Positions 1-10,575 of a stretch of 64,000 bases of DNA are shown in pieces. The position numbers and the translations under genes were made by a program. The notes under the pieces are model-generated. The model saw only the letters and a program-made list of their open reading frames with translations. It searched no databases and was not told where the DNA came from. The DNA comes from Macrostomum lignano. Taxonomy: Eukaryota. Location of the stretch: NCBI GenBank assembly GCA_002269645.1, contig NIVC01001269.1:62001-126000 (forward strand). Direction: 5' to 3'. Each line of letters begins with the position of its first letter. Position 1 is the stretch's first letter.

Positions 1-286
1 TACCACAATAACCACTGCTGCTACTGAACAGAGTAAGCTACTTTCTAACACCAACTACAGTTCAGAGTTTTAAGCATCTAATTGCAGTCATTTACAACAG
101 TTATGACTTTTTTCAGCCAGTGAGCAGAGCCAAATCTCTACAGCGGTGATCATAGCGACTGCCTGCGGTGCAGTCTTACTGACTGGTGGCGCCATCCTGG
201 TGGGCGTTTATTTGATTCGCTCCTGTCGCCATAAAAAGCCTCAAATAAAGGAAACAATAACTACGGGTACGGGGAACTTCTATTAG
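1..286 (+). CDS. 3' end of a type-I single-pass membrane protein gene (Thr-rich stalk, TM helix, short basic tail); 5' part lies outside the window
   Basis: Exon <1-32 (TTITTAATEQ), gtaagc...tttcag intron 33-116 (phase 1), exon 117-286 reading TSEQSQISTAVIIATACGAVLLTGGAILVGVYLIRSCRHKKPQIKETITTGTGNFY* (TAG 284-286). Hydrophobic helix followed by RSCRHKK stop-transfer. Absent from the ORF track because there is no ATG. Confidence 0.65.
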
Positions 287-963
287 CAGTACAGTGGATG
301 CGGTTCCACGGCCATCGCTGAGGCAATTCTGCCCATTCCGCTGACTCCGGAGCACATGCAAGCGCCCCAATACTGTACGCAGGCCCGCACTCATGCACAC
401 GCTCATACAAGGTGTACACCTTCTAATCGTCAGGCATGTACAGTCTCTATGTGCCTTGGAACTTGGATTTTCAGCTTATGCTATTCAAAGAAGCAAGCTT
501 ATTTTAAATGACGGCTGTTTCTTTAAAATTTGTTGGAAAGTAAAACAGTGTTCTGCATCGCAACTAATCAAGGTCGAATTTGACGTACAAATTGTCTAAA
601 ATATAGAATCTTCAAGTCTAATCAACTTGATTTTATTACTATTACTTCGTATTTCCATCTGCTAAAGCTAAATTGTTTTGTTATTGTGTACGGCTCTTCA
701 CGCACAATTTAAATTTGCTTTGATGGGTATTTTTTAAAGACCCGATGTGAATTTTATTGGCTGTCTGTCTGTAATCTGCATACGAACAATTTTTCTATTT
801 AATCAATGTAGTTTAATTAAATTGTTATCAAATAAATCTGCTATACCATCAGTTCTGATAATCTCCTACTAATTCACGTTTACTGTAAATCTTCAATAGT
901 GATATTGTACGGAAAAAAAATTTGATTCATAAATACATGTATTTTACCGCAAAAGTTTTTGAA

Positions 964-1737
964 CGGGAATAGCTGGATACTGGACACGGGAACAGCTGGA
1001 TACTGGACACGGGAACATGCAGCTGGATACTGGACACGGGAACAGCTGGATACTGCAGGGACACGGGAACAGCTGGATACTGCAGGGACATGGGAACAGC
1101 TGGATACTGCAGGGACACGGGAACAGCTGGATACTGCAGAGACACGGGAACAGCTGGATACTGCAGGGACACGGGAACAGCTGGATACTGCAGGGACACG
1201 GGAACAGCTGGATACTGCAGGGACACAGGAACAGCTGGATACTGCAGGGACACGGGAACAGCTGGATACTGCAGGGACACAGGAACAGCTGGATACTGCA
1301 GGGACACGGGAACAGCTGGATACTGCAGGGACACGGGAACAGCTGGATACTGCAGGGACACGGGAACAGCTGGATACTGCAGGGACACGGGAACAGCTGG
1401 ATACTGCAGGGACACGGGAACAGCTGGATACTGCAGGGACACGGGAACAGCTGGATACTGCAGGGACACGGGAACAGCTGGATACTGCAGGGACACGGGG
1501 ACAGCTGGATACTGCAGGGACACGGGGACAGCTGGATACTGCAGGGACACGGGGACAGCTGGATACTGCAGGGACACGGGGACAGCTGGATACTGCAGGG
1601 ACACGGGGACAGCTGGATACTGCAGGGACACGGGGACAGCTGGATACTGCAGGGACATGGGAACAGCTGGATACTGCAGGGACACGGGAACAGCTGGATA
1701 CTGCAGGGACACGGGAACAGCTGGATACTGGACACGG
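964..1737. repeat. 27-bp minisatellite (GGGAACAGCTGGATACTGCAGGGACAC), about 28 copies
   Basis: Directly visible; all six overlapping ORFs here are 9-aa periodic translations. Confidence 0.97.
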
Positions 1738-1744
1738 CAAGTTC

Positions 1745-2225
1745 GAAGACGCTAAGTGACGGTGTAATGATGGTGAATGATCGATGTGAAATTTGGTTAT
1801 TAAGAAACAGTCTTAGTCCGTTTCTTGTCACTGCAGCCTCTGATGTCTCGCCACTTGCCCACGTTCTCCATTGTTTTCAAACAGGAAATTAATTTTCGAT
1901 AGAGCGCTTCTTGCTATTCACCTTAATGTGGACAGGTTTTTGCCTGAATTCGATCATCCTGTGAAGCCCGTGAAACTTCATTCCGTGCGATCGATAGAAT
2001 TAGAGAGCTGACGTGTGCAGTACATAGGAAAATTGTTGTGGCAAGTAAGCATTTGCTTCTGTACCTTTTCTCTGGGGCGAATGGAAGATCTTCCGATACC
2101 GAGTGGATTTCGGCTGGGTAGAGCGAATCCGCCTCGACAAGGTAGCCGATTGGAGCGCCATCGTCAAGGGCAGGAAAGCGGCAGTCGGACCAGGGCGAAT
2201 CCGAAAACCTTCAAGACCTTCAGTA
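1745..2225 (-). pseudogene. Decayed protein-primed family-B DNA polymerase fragment of Polinton/Maverick (adintovirus-like) type
   Basis: Minus-strand translation across frameshifts and stops gives LDDGAPIGYLVEADSLYPAEIHSVSEDLPFAPEK, YVLHTSAL*FYRSHGMKFHGLHRMIEFRQKP and KTMENVGKWRDIR...VS**PNF. These match, in order, recalled Polinton polB blocks GYILEVDLEYP..LHD.HNDLPLAPE, YV.HY.NL.FY...G.K....HR...F.Q.P and FGKTMENVR.R.DI. Not database-verified. Confidence 0.7.
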
Positions 2226-2818
2226 GACTAATTTACCACTTCGCAGTTCACCAAGTTCACAAAGTTCACCAAGACAATAAACCCAGCAAAATAATCAACG
2301 TTGCAGCAACGCTACATATCAAACAGCAATTGTGCTGCCAGGCAAAAGCAGGTGCAAAGCAAGGCGATGCAAGTCACACAACAGCCCGCACTCCGCAAGT
2401 TCGCAGAGGTTTATAGAAAACGCCTATAATTCAGCCACTATTGTTAAGCAAGCAGCTGTCTACCCCCCACCCCCCAGACTCTCTCTAATAGAGCCTCCCC
2501 ATCCTATGGCCTGAAGGATGTTTATAATACGAAAAATATATCACAATAGAGACAGCAGCTATAAATATCTTGAAATGTGTACAAAGCAGACAGCCAAGTT
2601 GTGCACACGAACGCTTCTATTGTGTAAATAGAAAATTTCTATTGGCGGACAGAGCCGGGCCAACATCGCTGATGCCGACTATGAGCAGAAAAAAAGAAAA
2701 AAAACACTTTATACATGCACATACTTTAGAGCTGCGTAAACAAGCGACAAAATAGCTGCGAGAAGAGAACTTCATCTCAGAACGGAGCAACCCTGAGCAG
2801 CACAGAATCGAAACAGCC

Positions 2819-3258
2819 ATGCAAGCGTCAGGAATAATTGCAAATTTAGCCTTAATTGCACTTTGTCTGTTTGCCTTCCACGGAATAATTGGTCAGTTTT
2901 CAAGTCTAGTTATAAAGAGTCAAGTTTTGTGTTAATTGAGCACGATTTTTATTGACATTAAAAACGAATTTGCAGGGCCAACTCAGGCAGCGAACTGCTC
3001 AATAGTCACCTGCGACAACGGCGGCACCTGCAACAACTACACAGCCAGCCCGCCCTGTCTCTGTCCGCTGCCCTACATCGCACCTTACTGCTCAGCTGCT
3101 GCAGACTACTGCTTCACCCTGCAGCCTGACAAGGGCATCACCGCACTGCCTGTGTGTCAGAATGGCGGCACCTGCACTCTGACTTACACTGATCTGTACT
3201 TTACCTGCAGCTGCCCCGATGGCTACACAGGTTAATGAGCTAATGCCTAGTCTGTTTC

Positions 3259-3289
<31 letters not shown>

Positions 3290-3312
3290 TTCTGTCTGTC
3301 TGTTTGTCTGTG

Positions 3313-3345
<33 letters not shown>

Positions 3346-3919
3346 GGCTGGCTGTCTGTCTGTCTGTCTTTCTGTCTGTCTGTCTGTTCTTACGCTATAA
3401 AGCAATTAGAATACACTAATGGTGTACAAAACCACAAAGCACTGCACATGTGATCCAGCAAAAATTCGCCTATATTTGATGGTGTTTGCTGTCTGACTGA
3501 GGCTCTGGAATCGCCACCCACTTTAATTTCACTTCTATTGTCTAAAATTGTGCACAGATGTGCGCTGCAATGCAACGGTAACAACCACAGCGCCCGTGTC
3601 TACGACTACAGATCCAGGATTAACAGGCGGCGAAATAGCGGCGATTGTGGTTTGCATTACTATCGCTGCCACAGCCATTGTAATCGTGATATTGATTTTC
3701 TGCAAAGTCATTCCTGTAACGGAATCATGCACTCTGTGCGTTGATAGTTGTCGCAGTTCCTGCAATTGCCAGTGCGAGTGCGAATGCCGCAGATCGGTAA
3801 GCACAGAATGCACTCTGTATAGTGAGCCCGATTCAAATTGGTTCTCACAATCTGATTCACCAATTGCAACTTCAGGAAGTCAACCCAGAACCGGAAACCG
3901 AGAAAGTCTGATAAAATGA
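2819..3919 (+). CDS. EGF-domain type-I membrane protein, paralog 1 (signal peptide, 2 EGF, Thr-rich stalk, TM, Cys-rich tail)
   Basis: Exons 2819-2891 (MQASGIIANLALIALCLFAFHGIIG), 2976-3230, 3558-3919 (or ending at donor TCG|gtaagc 3796); both introns phase 1. Two 6-Cys EGF modules, the second completed across the intron (CPDGYT|DVRC). TM IAAIVVCITIAATAIVIVILIFC; tail CTLCVDSCRSSCNCQCECEC. Confidence 0.85.
3250..3390. repeat. (TCTG)n microsatellite in intron 2 of EGF paralog 1
   Basis: Directly visible. Confidence 0.95.
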
Positions 3920-4204
3920 AAATTGTACTTTTGAAACCGTTTCTAACCGCGCGCAGACGTTTGAATAGGTAAACAATAACTTTGTATATACCGGTAAATT
4001 TGCTTTTCAAAACTGATTTTTAAATCATAAGCTCATTTTGTTTTTCTATTTTTGGCTTACTGTTTAGACTGTGTACTTTGATATTTTTAGGATGTGCGCA
4101 TGCGAAAAATACACTGATTTGACAACCAGTTTGTTCCATAACCAACTGAATTGTGCTTCTTCTCCAAACTTTCAAATAGACTTTTACTGCTTGTTTTCCA
4201 GCCT

Positions 4205-4233
4205 TGTCTTGTCTGTCTGTCTATTTGTCTGCC

Positions 4234-4311
<78 letters not shown>

Positions 4312-4317
4312 CCTGCC

Positions 4318-4360
<43 letters not shown>

Positions 4361-4365
4361 GTCTG
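4205..4365. repeat. (TCTG)n microsatellite
   Basis: Directly visible. Confidence 0.95.
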
Positions 4366-4861
4366 TGTGCCAACATCCAGCGGGGTGCTGTCTCATCCAG
4401 GGATGGCAGTCTGGAAGCCCCTCCTGATGTTGTGTGGGGATCGGCGACTATCCACACCCGGGTCGATGTGGATGCTGATCAGATCGTGACGGATGAAATC
4501 CATACGCAGTATTTGAGTTTCATCAGAGCCAGAGGGTGCGTTCTTTTTTATCTTCGACAAGTCGGGAGGCGGATTTTATTGTCTCCGCCTTAGCAAATAA
4601 ATGAAGCGGAGGTAAATTAAGGATATTGTTCAGCTCCTCGAAGCGGGTTGATGGGTACGCATTTGTGATGGTGTGGCAGATGCTGCCCTGCAACTGGTAG
4701 ACGCGCTCACGAGCGGTCTTCTCCAGCACGTTATGTCGTTTTTCGTTAGAACGAAACGAATCCACATAGTTGGGATGTAACCCGTAGTACGAGTAAAAAA
4801 GCCAACGATTAAGCAACTCAGAGAAAAGTCTGCAAAACTTTGCAGCTTAAGCGCCTCCTGG
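4366..4861 (-). mobile_element. Decayed non-LTR (LINE, I/R1-like) retrotransposon fragment, downstream part; split by the LTR element
   Basis: Minus strand LQGSICHTITNAYPSTRFEELNNILNLPPLHLFAKAETIKSASRL resembles the post-RT motif Q....ITGA..TTP...L...L.LPPL.L of I/R1/Tad1-group LINEs; stops and frameshifts present. Confidence 0.55.
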
Positions 4862-4866
4862 AGAAT

Positions 4867-5070
4867 TGACATACGCTCGTGCAATAGTCTATGGCCGCTG
4901 CGCCCAAATGCCGCCTCCCTCATCCCTTCCTAATATATAAGTGTCCTAGTTTCATAATCTTGTTACAAGCCCCGCTAGCATTAATGTGGTCCTAAAGCCA
5001 AATAAACAAGCAAAGCAAGATACGAGCTTCGTTATTTATCAAGCACTAGAGTTGCCAGCAGAGCATCACA
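4867..5070 (+). repeat. 5' LTR (204 bp)
   Basis: Direct repeat of 8459-8662. Confidence 0.97.
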
Positions 5071-5071
5071 A

Positions 5072-5089
5072 TGGCGTCGCAAGCAGGAT
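5072..5089 (+). promoter_or_regulatory. Primer binding site, complementary to a tRNA 3' end (possibly tRNA-Ser)
   Basis: TGG-starting tract 1 nt after the LTR; reverse complement ATCCTGCTTGCGACGCCA looks like T-stem, acceptor stem and CCA. tRNA identity is inferred. Confidence 0.6.
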
Positions 5090-5154
5090 CCGGAGATTCG
5101 GATTCGGATTCGGAGATCCGGAGATGAACTGTTCCGGAGATTCACCATGGCTCT

Positions 5155-8100
5155 TTGGCTACAAAGAACAACTTTACCACTCCGCGCAAGATTGGACCAC
5201 GCACTGGACAGTGTGGTTACTGCGGTCAAGTCCATGTTGCTGGAAAGTGCCCAGCGTTTGGAAAAACCTGCAGCAAATGCTCAAAACCAAACCACTTTGC
5301 ATCGGTATGTCGATCCTCCCGACCACGCCAGCTCCACAACGTCGAGGAGCTCTCAAACGCAGACACGCCGCAACCAGATACCACGTCCCTTCTTCACCTT
5401 GGGGACGCGGACACGATTCACGCTATCGACTCGACACTGGAAAACATAGTCATCAATGGTGCTCAAATCCAAATGCAAGTAGACACCGGTACTGCGGTGA
5501 GCGTCATTTCAAGCACTCTCTGGGAGTCACTCCGCCGCCCGGCCCTCCAGAAGTGTCATCGCCGTCTTCAAGCCTACGATGGCCACACGCTTAAAGTCCT
5601 CGGCAAGTTATCAACCGCCATTGAGCCTCGCGGCAAGTTTTACCCTGCTGAACTGATCGTTGTACAGGCCTCTAAGACATTCGGTCTGTTAGGCCGTGAC
5701 TTATTGGACTCAGCGCAAGTCCACAGCACATGCTCCACTAGCATCGGTAATAGCGTGGATGCCCTACCCGTGATTAAAGGCATCAAGGCCAAAATGGAGA
5801 CCATCGCTGGTGCCACTCCGAGGTTTTGCCGTGCGCGTCCCGTGCCTGTCGCCCTGGAATCCTCCATCAACGCTGAATTGGACAGGCTGCAGCAGTTGGG
5901 CGTGATAGAACCAGTTGACGGCCCGGTGAGCAATGCTTCTCCTGTTGTCTGGGTCAAAAAGAAAGATGGAACCCTAAGGATGTGCGCTGACTACAGCGTT
6001 CACGTCAACGCAAAGATCAAGTCAGAGGACTATCCCATCCCTAGCGTGGAGCACCTATTTTCCAAACTAAAAAACGCCAAGAAGTTCGCCAAAGTAGACC
6101 TGAGGTCGGCCTATTCGCAGATCGAATTGGACGAGGCTGCTCAGGATCTCTCAACAATTAACACATCCAAAGGATTATTTCGCGTGAAAAGACTTCAGAT
6201 GGGGATGAAGAATGCATCTTTTATTTTTCAGCGCGCGATGGAAAGTATTCTGTCAGACCTAAAGGGCGTTCTCATCTACCAAGACGACGTATTAGTTTTC
6301 GCCGAAAACAGTGATTCACTACAGAAAAGACTTCGTGCTGTGAAGACTAGGCTGGCAGAAAAGCATGTCACCATCAACGAAAGCAAATGCATCGAGGCGA
6401 CTGATGAAATATCATTTCTGGGATTTAAAATTTCTGCTGCTGGCATCCAACCCGATGATCGATTGGTTGAGAAAATCCGCAGCATCGCACAACCCAAAGA
6501 CAAGAAGGAGCTGGAACGATTTGTTGGTCTAATAAACTTCTTTGGAAGGCTAGTACCCAATTTCTCTGGAAAGATCCAGCCGCTAAATCGACTGCGCAGA
6601 GCGGACGCCAACTTTCAGTGGACAGCTGAGTGTGACCGAGCCTTCAGACAACTCAAGACGGAGATTGCCTCTCAACCCATAGTCCAGCCATACTCATTAG
6701 AAAAGGAACTCACTCTTACTACAGATGCCTCCAAGGGAGCGCTTGCAGGAGTGGTCACGCAAGATGGCCATCCTGTGATCTATATTTCTCGGTGTCTTTC
6801 TACTGCCGAACAAAACTATTCGAACATAGAGCGAGAAGCCCTTGCCGTTTTTTGGGCAGTCAGCCGGCTGAAGCACTATTTACTGGGCCGCCACTTTACA
6901 ATACAGACGGATCATAAGCCTCTCGAACAGCTCTTCGGCCAGTCTCGCGGGGTGCCGCTGAACACCTCCGCTCGCATTAGCAGATGGGCACTCGCGATGA
7001 TGCACCTTGACTACACCATACGCTATATACCGGGAAAGAAGATTCCACATGCCGATGCGCTTTCTCGCCTACGCTTCACTGACTCATCTAGCGATTCGAC
7101 GGAAGTCTGCGAAGCCATTGATTGCGTTGCCTTCGAGCCGTCTGTCATTCCCAAGAACCGGGTTGCCGCAGAGCTAGAGTTGGATGAGCTCATAAAAAAA
7201 GTGATGCACCGAATTCGCTCGGGAAACTGGGCTGGCTGTTCTCAGGCTGAGAAACCATTCCAGGCCGTATCGCAATGCCTAACTATCGAGGACGGCTTAC
7301 TGTTCAAGGGTCGCCAGGTCTACATTCCGCCAAGACTGCGGAAAGAAGCTTTTCGTGCAGCGCATGACACTCACTCTGGGTCTCTGGCGACACTCAACTT
7401 CATGAGCTTGTCCTGCTGGTGGCCTGGAATGCGCGCTGACATCGAGCGATTTGTCAGCCAGTGTGATGTATGCAACAGGCTGCGGCCCAGATTGGGGAAG
7501 ACCAGAGACACCTGGCCATCGACTGAATACCCGTTTCAAAAGCTTCACGTTGACTGGGCGTACGTAAAGAATGGTGGAAACATCCTGATAGCAGTCGACT
7601 CTCACTCTGGTTGGATCGAGGCCTTTTCCTGCAAAGATCGATCCACAGATCAGATCATTAAATGCCTCAGAACTGTTTTCACACGCTTTGGCGTGCCTGA
7701 ACTTTTAGTTTCGGACAATGCTCCGGAGTTCGTCAGCGATTCACTGAGGAGCTGGCTGCACCAAAATGGCATAAAGAAGATGGAATCCCCAACTTATTAT
7801 CCCCAGGCCAATGGATCGGCTGAGCGAGCAGTCCAGACAGTCAAACGAGCTCTGCGGGCCTGGAACGAACGAACCACCCACGCTGAATTTGTTCCCTATC
7901 TACAGCGATTGCTGTTTCATCACCGAAACTCATCCACGTGTAGGGGCAAGACGCCAGCTGAGATTGTTTTCGGACGCCAACTACGCGCTCCTGTAGTCTC
8001 CACGTTCAACCAAGGCGAGCGCGTTCTGTATCAGCCAACTTCGGACGTTCCACCCTCCACTGTCGAATACGTGATGAACCGAGGCCGCAACACGGCCTTC

Positions 8101-8310
8101 GTGTTGGACGGGAGCGAACTGCGTTTGGCAAGCGACAACCAACTTGCTCCACTGCCACACGACGATGAAGAATCAATGGCAGGAGATTCGGCAAACACGG
8201 AGGCAGGGAACCCCAGCGACAATTCGACCGAAGGCGCGCAAGAACAAGAAGCAGGTGGAATTCGCCGTAGCACCCGGATGCGTCGCCAACCAGACCGCTA
8301 CTCCTCATGA
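5155..8310 (+). CDS. pol: Retrotransposon polyprotein: NC zinc knuckles, protease, RT, RNase H, integrase
   Basis: CGYCGQVHVAGKCPAFGKTCSKCSKPNHFASVC; protease VDTG; RT YQDD; RNase H TDAS...EREAL...TDHKPL; integrase H-x3-H...CDVC, VDWA, SDNAPEF, NGSAERAVQ; C-terminal RRSTRMRRQPDRY. Open for 1051 codons. Confidence 0.95.
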   Translation: MATKNNFTTPRKIGPRTGQCGYCGQVHVAGKCPAFGKTCSKCSKPNHFASVCRSSRPRQLHNVEELSNADTPQPDTTSLLHLGDADTIHAIDSTLENIVINGAQIQMQVDTGTAVSVISSTLWESLRRPALQKCHRRLQAYDGHTLKVLGKLSTAIEPRGKFYPAELIVVQASKTFGLLGRDLLDSAQVHSTCSTSIGNSVDALPVIKGIKAKMETIAGATPRFCRARPVPVALESSINAELDRLQQLGVIEPVDGPVSNASPVVWVKKKDGTLRMCADYSVHVNAKIKSEDYPIPSVEHLFSKLKNAKKFAKVDLRSAYSQIELDEAAQDLSTINTSKGLFRVKRLQMGMKNASFIFQRAMESILSDLKGVLIYQDDVLVFAENSDSLQKRLRAVKTRLAEKHVTINESKCIEATDEISFLGFKISAAGIQPDDRLVEKIRSIAQPKDKKELERFVGLINFFGRLVPNFSGKIQPLNRLRRADANFQWTAECDRAFRQLKTEIASQPIVQPYSLEKELTLTTDASKGALAGVVTQDGHPVIYISRCLSTAEQNYSNIEREALAVFWAVSRLKHYLLGRHFTIQTDHKPLEQLFGQSRGVPLNTSARISRWALAMMHLDYTIRYIPGKKIPHADALSRLRFTDSSSDSTEVCEAIDCVAFEPSVIPKNRVAAELELDELIKKVMHRIRSGNWAGCSQAEKPFQAVSQCLTIEDGLLFKGRQVYIPPRLRKEAFRAAHDTHSGSLATLNFMSLSCWWPGMRADIERFVSQCDVCNRLRPRLGKTRDTWPSTEYPFQKLHVDWAYVKNGGNILIAVDSHSGWIEAFSCKDRSTDQIIKCLRTVFTRFGVPELLVSDNAPEFVSDSLRSWLHQNGIKKMESPTYYPQANGSAERAVQTVKRALRAWNERTTHAEFVPYLQRLLFHHRNSSTCRGKTPAEIVFGRQLRAPVVSTFNQGERVLYQPTSDVPPSTVEYVMNRGRNTAFVLDGSELRLASDNQLAPLPHDDEESMAGDSANTEAGNPSDNSTEGAQEQEAGGIRRSTRMRRQPDRYSS

Positions 8311-8458
8311 ATGCTAAAAAAAAACGCATTAGCTACACATTACGAGTAACCAAAATGAAACCTGACACGCTGAATTTGAATTAGTTATCTGTTGAGTTCC
8401 TAACATAAAGTTTACATTGTTCGGAGACAGTTCAACTCTTTCCTTCTGGAGGGAGACA

Positions 8459-8662
8459 TGACATACGCTCGTGCAATAGTCTATGGCCGCTGCGCCCAAA
8501 TGCCGCCTCCCTCATCCCTTCCTAATATATAAGTGTCCTAGTTTCATAATCTTGTTACAAGCCCCGCTAGCATTAATGTGGTCCTAAAGCCAAATAAACA
8601 AGCAAAGCAAGATACGAGCTTCGTTATTTATCAAGCACTAGAGTTGCCAGCAGAGCATCACA
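8459..8662 (+). repeat. 3' LTR (204 bp)
   Basis: Direct repeat of 4867-5070. Confidence 0.97.
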
Positions 8663-8667
8663 AGAAT

Positions 8668-8960
8668 AAAGGAAGCGATGTTATCGGAGCGATTTGAACG
8701 GCTTAAACGAATTATTTGCCGCCAGCTGAAGCAGTGGGTGGAAAGCAAAAGAAGTGGGCGATCGCTGGGTCTCAGCTGGGTCGCTGGGTCTCAGCAGGTT
8801 TGCTGTTGACCACATACTCTGGGTCATCAACCTGCGGAAAGCAGGTGAACAATAGTAGATTAAGCGAGCCTTCAGCACTGGTAGTGTAGGTTCCCATCAA
8901 TGTGCAGAAGGAGTTGCCCTAAGCAGCCAGTTGTGGACCTGATTGAGGGCGTTTTTAAAA
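8668..8960 (-). mobile_element. Upstream part of the same decayed LINE (end of RT domain)
   Basis: Contiguous with 4366-4861 once the LTR element and one TSD are removed; KNALNQVHNW resembles the Q.AL..V..W RT-end motif. Confidence 0.4.
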
Positions 8961-9744
8961 ATGAGAGTGAGATCAGCAACCTCGCGCTTCAGGTGGGTGA
9001 TGCAGGCTTTCAGGTGGGTAATATTTTCTTCAAATGTTTAATATTGGCTTTGCATAGGCAATAAATGATTTATGTGGGTAATATTGACAGGCTAGTGGGC
9101 TAAGGTATAAGGATCATATTTAATCTAATATAATTTAGGGAGCATAGTAGGGAACATTGAGAATAGGATTTTGGTTAAGTTAGGTTAGGAACTTGCAATG
9201 TTATCAGAGCGTGGTGAAGTGCTGTGGACAGCTGCCTCTTACAAAAAGCCACAAGTGCTTGATGGACGGCGCATTGCAAACGGCGAGTGCAGACCACCCT
9301 AGAAGTTCACTTTAAAGTTTATTTTATCTCTTTTATGTGGGTTGGGGATTCATTGACTTGTCTTACTGAAGATGATGACCAGCGAAGGCTGAGAGAGCTA
9401 GAAACTTACAAGGGAGTGGAGGAAGCCGATTGAGATGGATGCACGACCGCAGCCCGCACTTCGCCCAATATTGTTAAACAAGTAGTGCAGTCTCACCCCC
9501 AGGCTCTGCTACCTCTCCAGCCTCTCCACCCTAGCCTTTAGGAATATCTTGAAATGTGTACAAAGCAGACAACAAAGTTGTGCACACGAACGCGTCTAAA
9601 GTGCGAATTTCTTTTGACGGACGAGAGCTGGTCAACATGGCTGATGTGCTGACTATGAGCAGAAAAAAAAGAAAAATACTTTATAACATGCACAGAAGAG
9701 AATTTCATCTTTGAATGGCACAGCAGCACAGATTTAAAACAGCC

Positions 9745-10575
9745 ATGCAAGCGTCAGCAATAATTGCAAATTTAGCCTTAATTGCACTTTGTCTGGTTGC
9801 CTTCCTCGAAATGAGTAAGTTTTTATTAAGTCAAGTGTTTGACAGAGTCACTTTTGTGTTAATTGAGTCACCATTTTATTAAATAACTGCAATTAAAAAT
9901 GATTTTGCAGGGCCAACTGAGGCAGCGGACTGCTCAACGGTCACCTGCTACAACGGCGGCACCTGCAACAACTTTACAGTCAGCCCGCCCTGCCTGTGCC
10001 CGCTGCCCTACATCGCACCTAACTGTTCAGCTGCTGCAGACTACTGCTTCACCCTGCAGCCTGACAAGGGCATCACGGAGTTGCCTGTGTGCCTGAATGA
10101 CGGCAACTGCACTCGGGCTTACACCGATCCGATGGCTACACAGGTAGCTAATAGATTTGGTTAATGCCTAGTCTGTTTGTCTGTCTGCCTGTCTTTCGTC
10201 TGTCAGCGGAGGTGAATCACAACTAATGTGTACACAGAATCACAAAAAATTGCCGCTTGGTCAAGCAACCATCGGCCTGCATTTGATAACGTCCGTCCAC
10301 TTGTTGGAGTCTCTTGGTCTGATTTGCCATCCACTACCCATTTTCATTGTCTAAAATTTTGTGTAGGTGTGCGCTGCAATGCAACGGAAGCAACTACGGT
10401 AACAACCACAGCGCCATCTACAGCAGAGCCGGGATTAACAGACGGAGAAACAGCGGCAATTGTGGTTTGCGCAGTTATCGCTGCCGCAGCTGTTGTAATT
10501 GTGATATTGATTGTCACCAAAGTCATTCCTGTACCATGCGGCGGCAGCTCGGTAAGTGCAGAAAGCACTCTATAA
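9745..10575 (+). pseudogene. EGF-TM paralog 2 with a 22-nt frameshifting deletion (pseudogene or truncated secreted one-EGF protein)
   Basis: Exons 9745-9814, 9911-10143 (233 nt versus 255 nt in paralogs 1 and 3), 10367 onward. The deletion removes the YFNCSC codons of EGF2; the spliced frame ends VCAAMQRKQLR* (TAA 10400-10402), before the TM, which is still open in the original frame. Confidence 0.75.

Larger units (their letters stand above)
4867..8662 (+). mobile_element. Ty3/Gypsy (Mag-like) LTR retrotransposon, 3796 bp, young, lacking the capsid part of gag
   Basis: 204-bp LTRs 4867-5070 and 8459-8662 (TG...CA), identical by eye; 5-bp TSD AGAAT (4862-4866, 8663-8667); PBS TGGCGTCGCAAGCAGGA right after the 5' LTR; purine tract GGAGGGAGA before the 3' LTR; TATATAA and AATAAA inside the LTR. 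Confidence 0.97.

Noticed and set aside
964-1737. CRISPR-like regular repeats here and in other arrays
   Set aside because: Units are head-to-tail with no unique spacers, no cas genes, eukaryotic context.
880-1892. Six long overlapping ORFs of 220-295 aa
   Set aside because: Translations of a stop-poor 27-bp tandem repeat; no splice or domain context.
4081-4117. Possible fourth exon of EGF paralogs (DVRMRKIH*)
   Set aside because: Acceptor and frame are not conserved in paralogs 2 and 3, so not included in the models, although the upstream donor is conserved.
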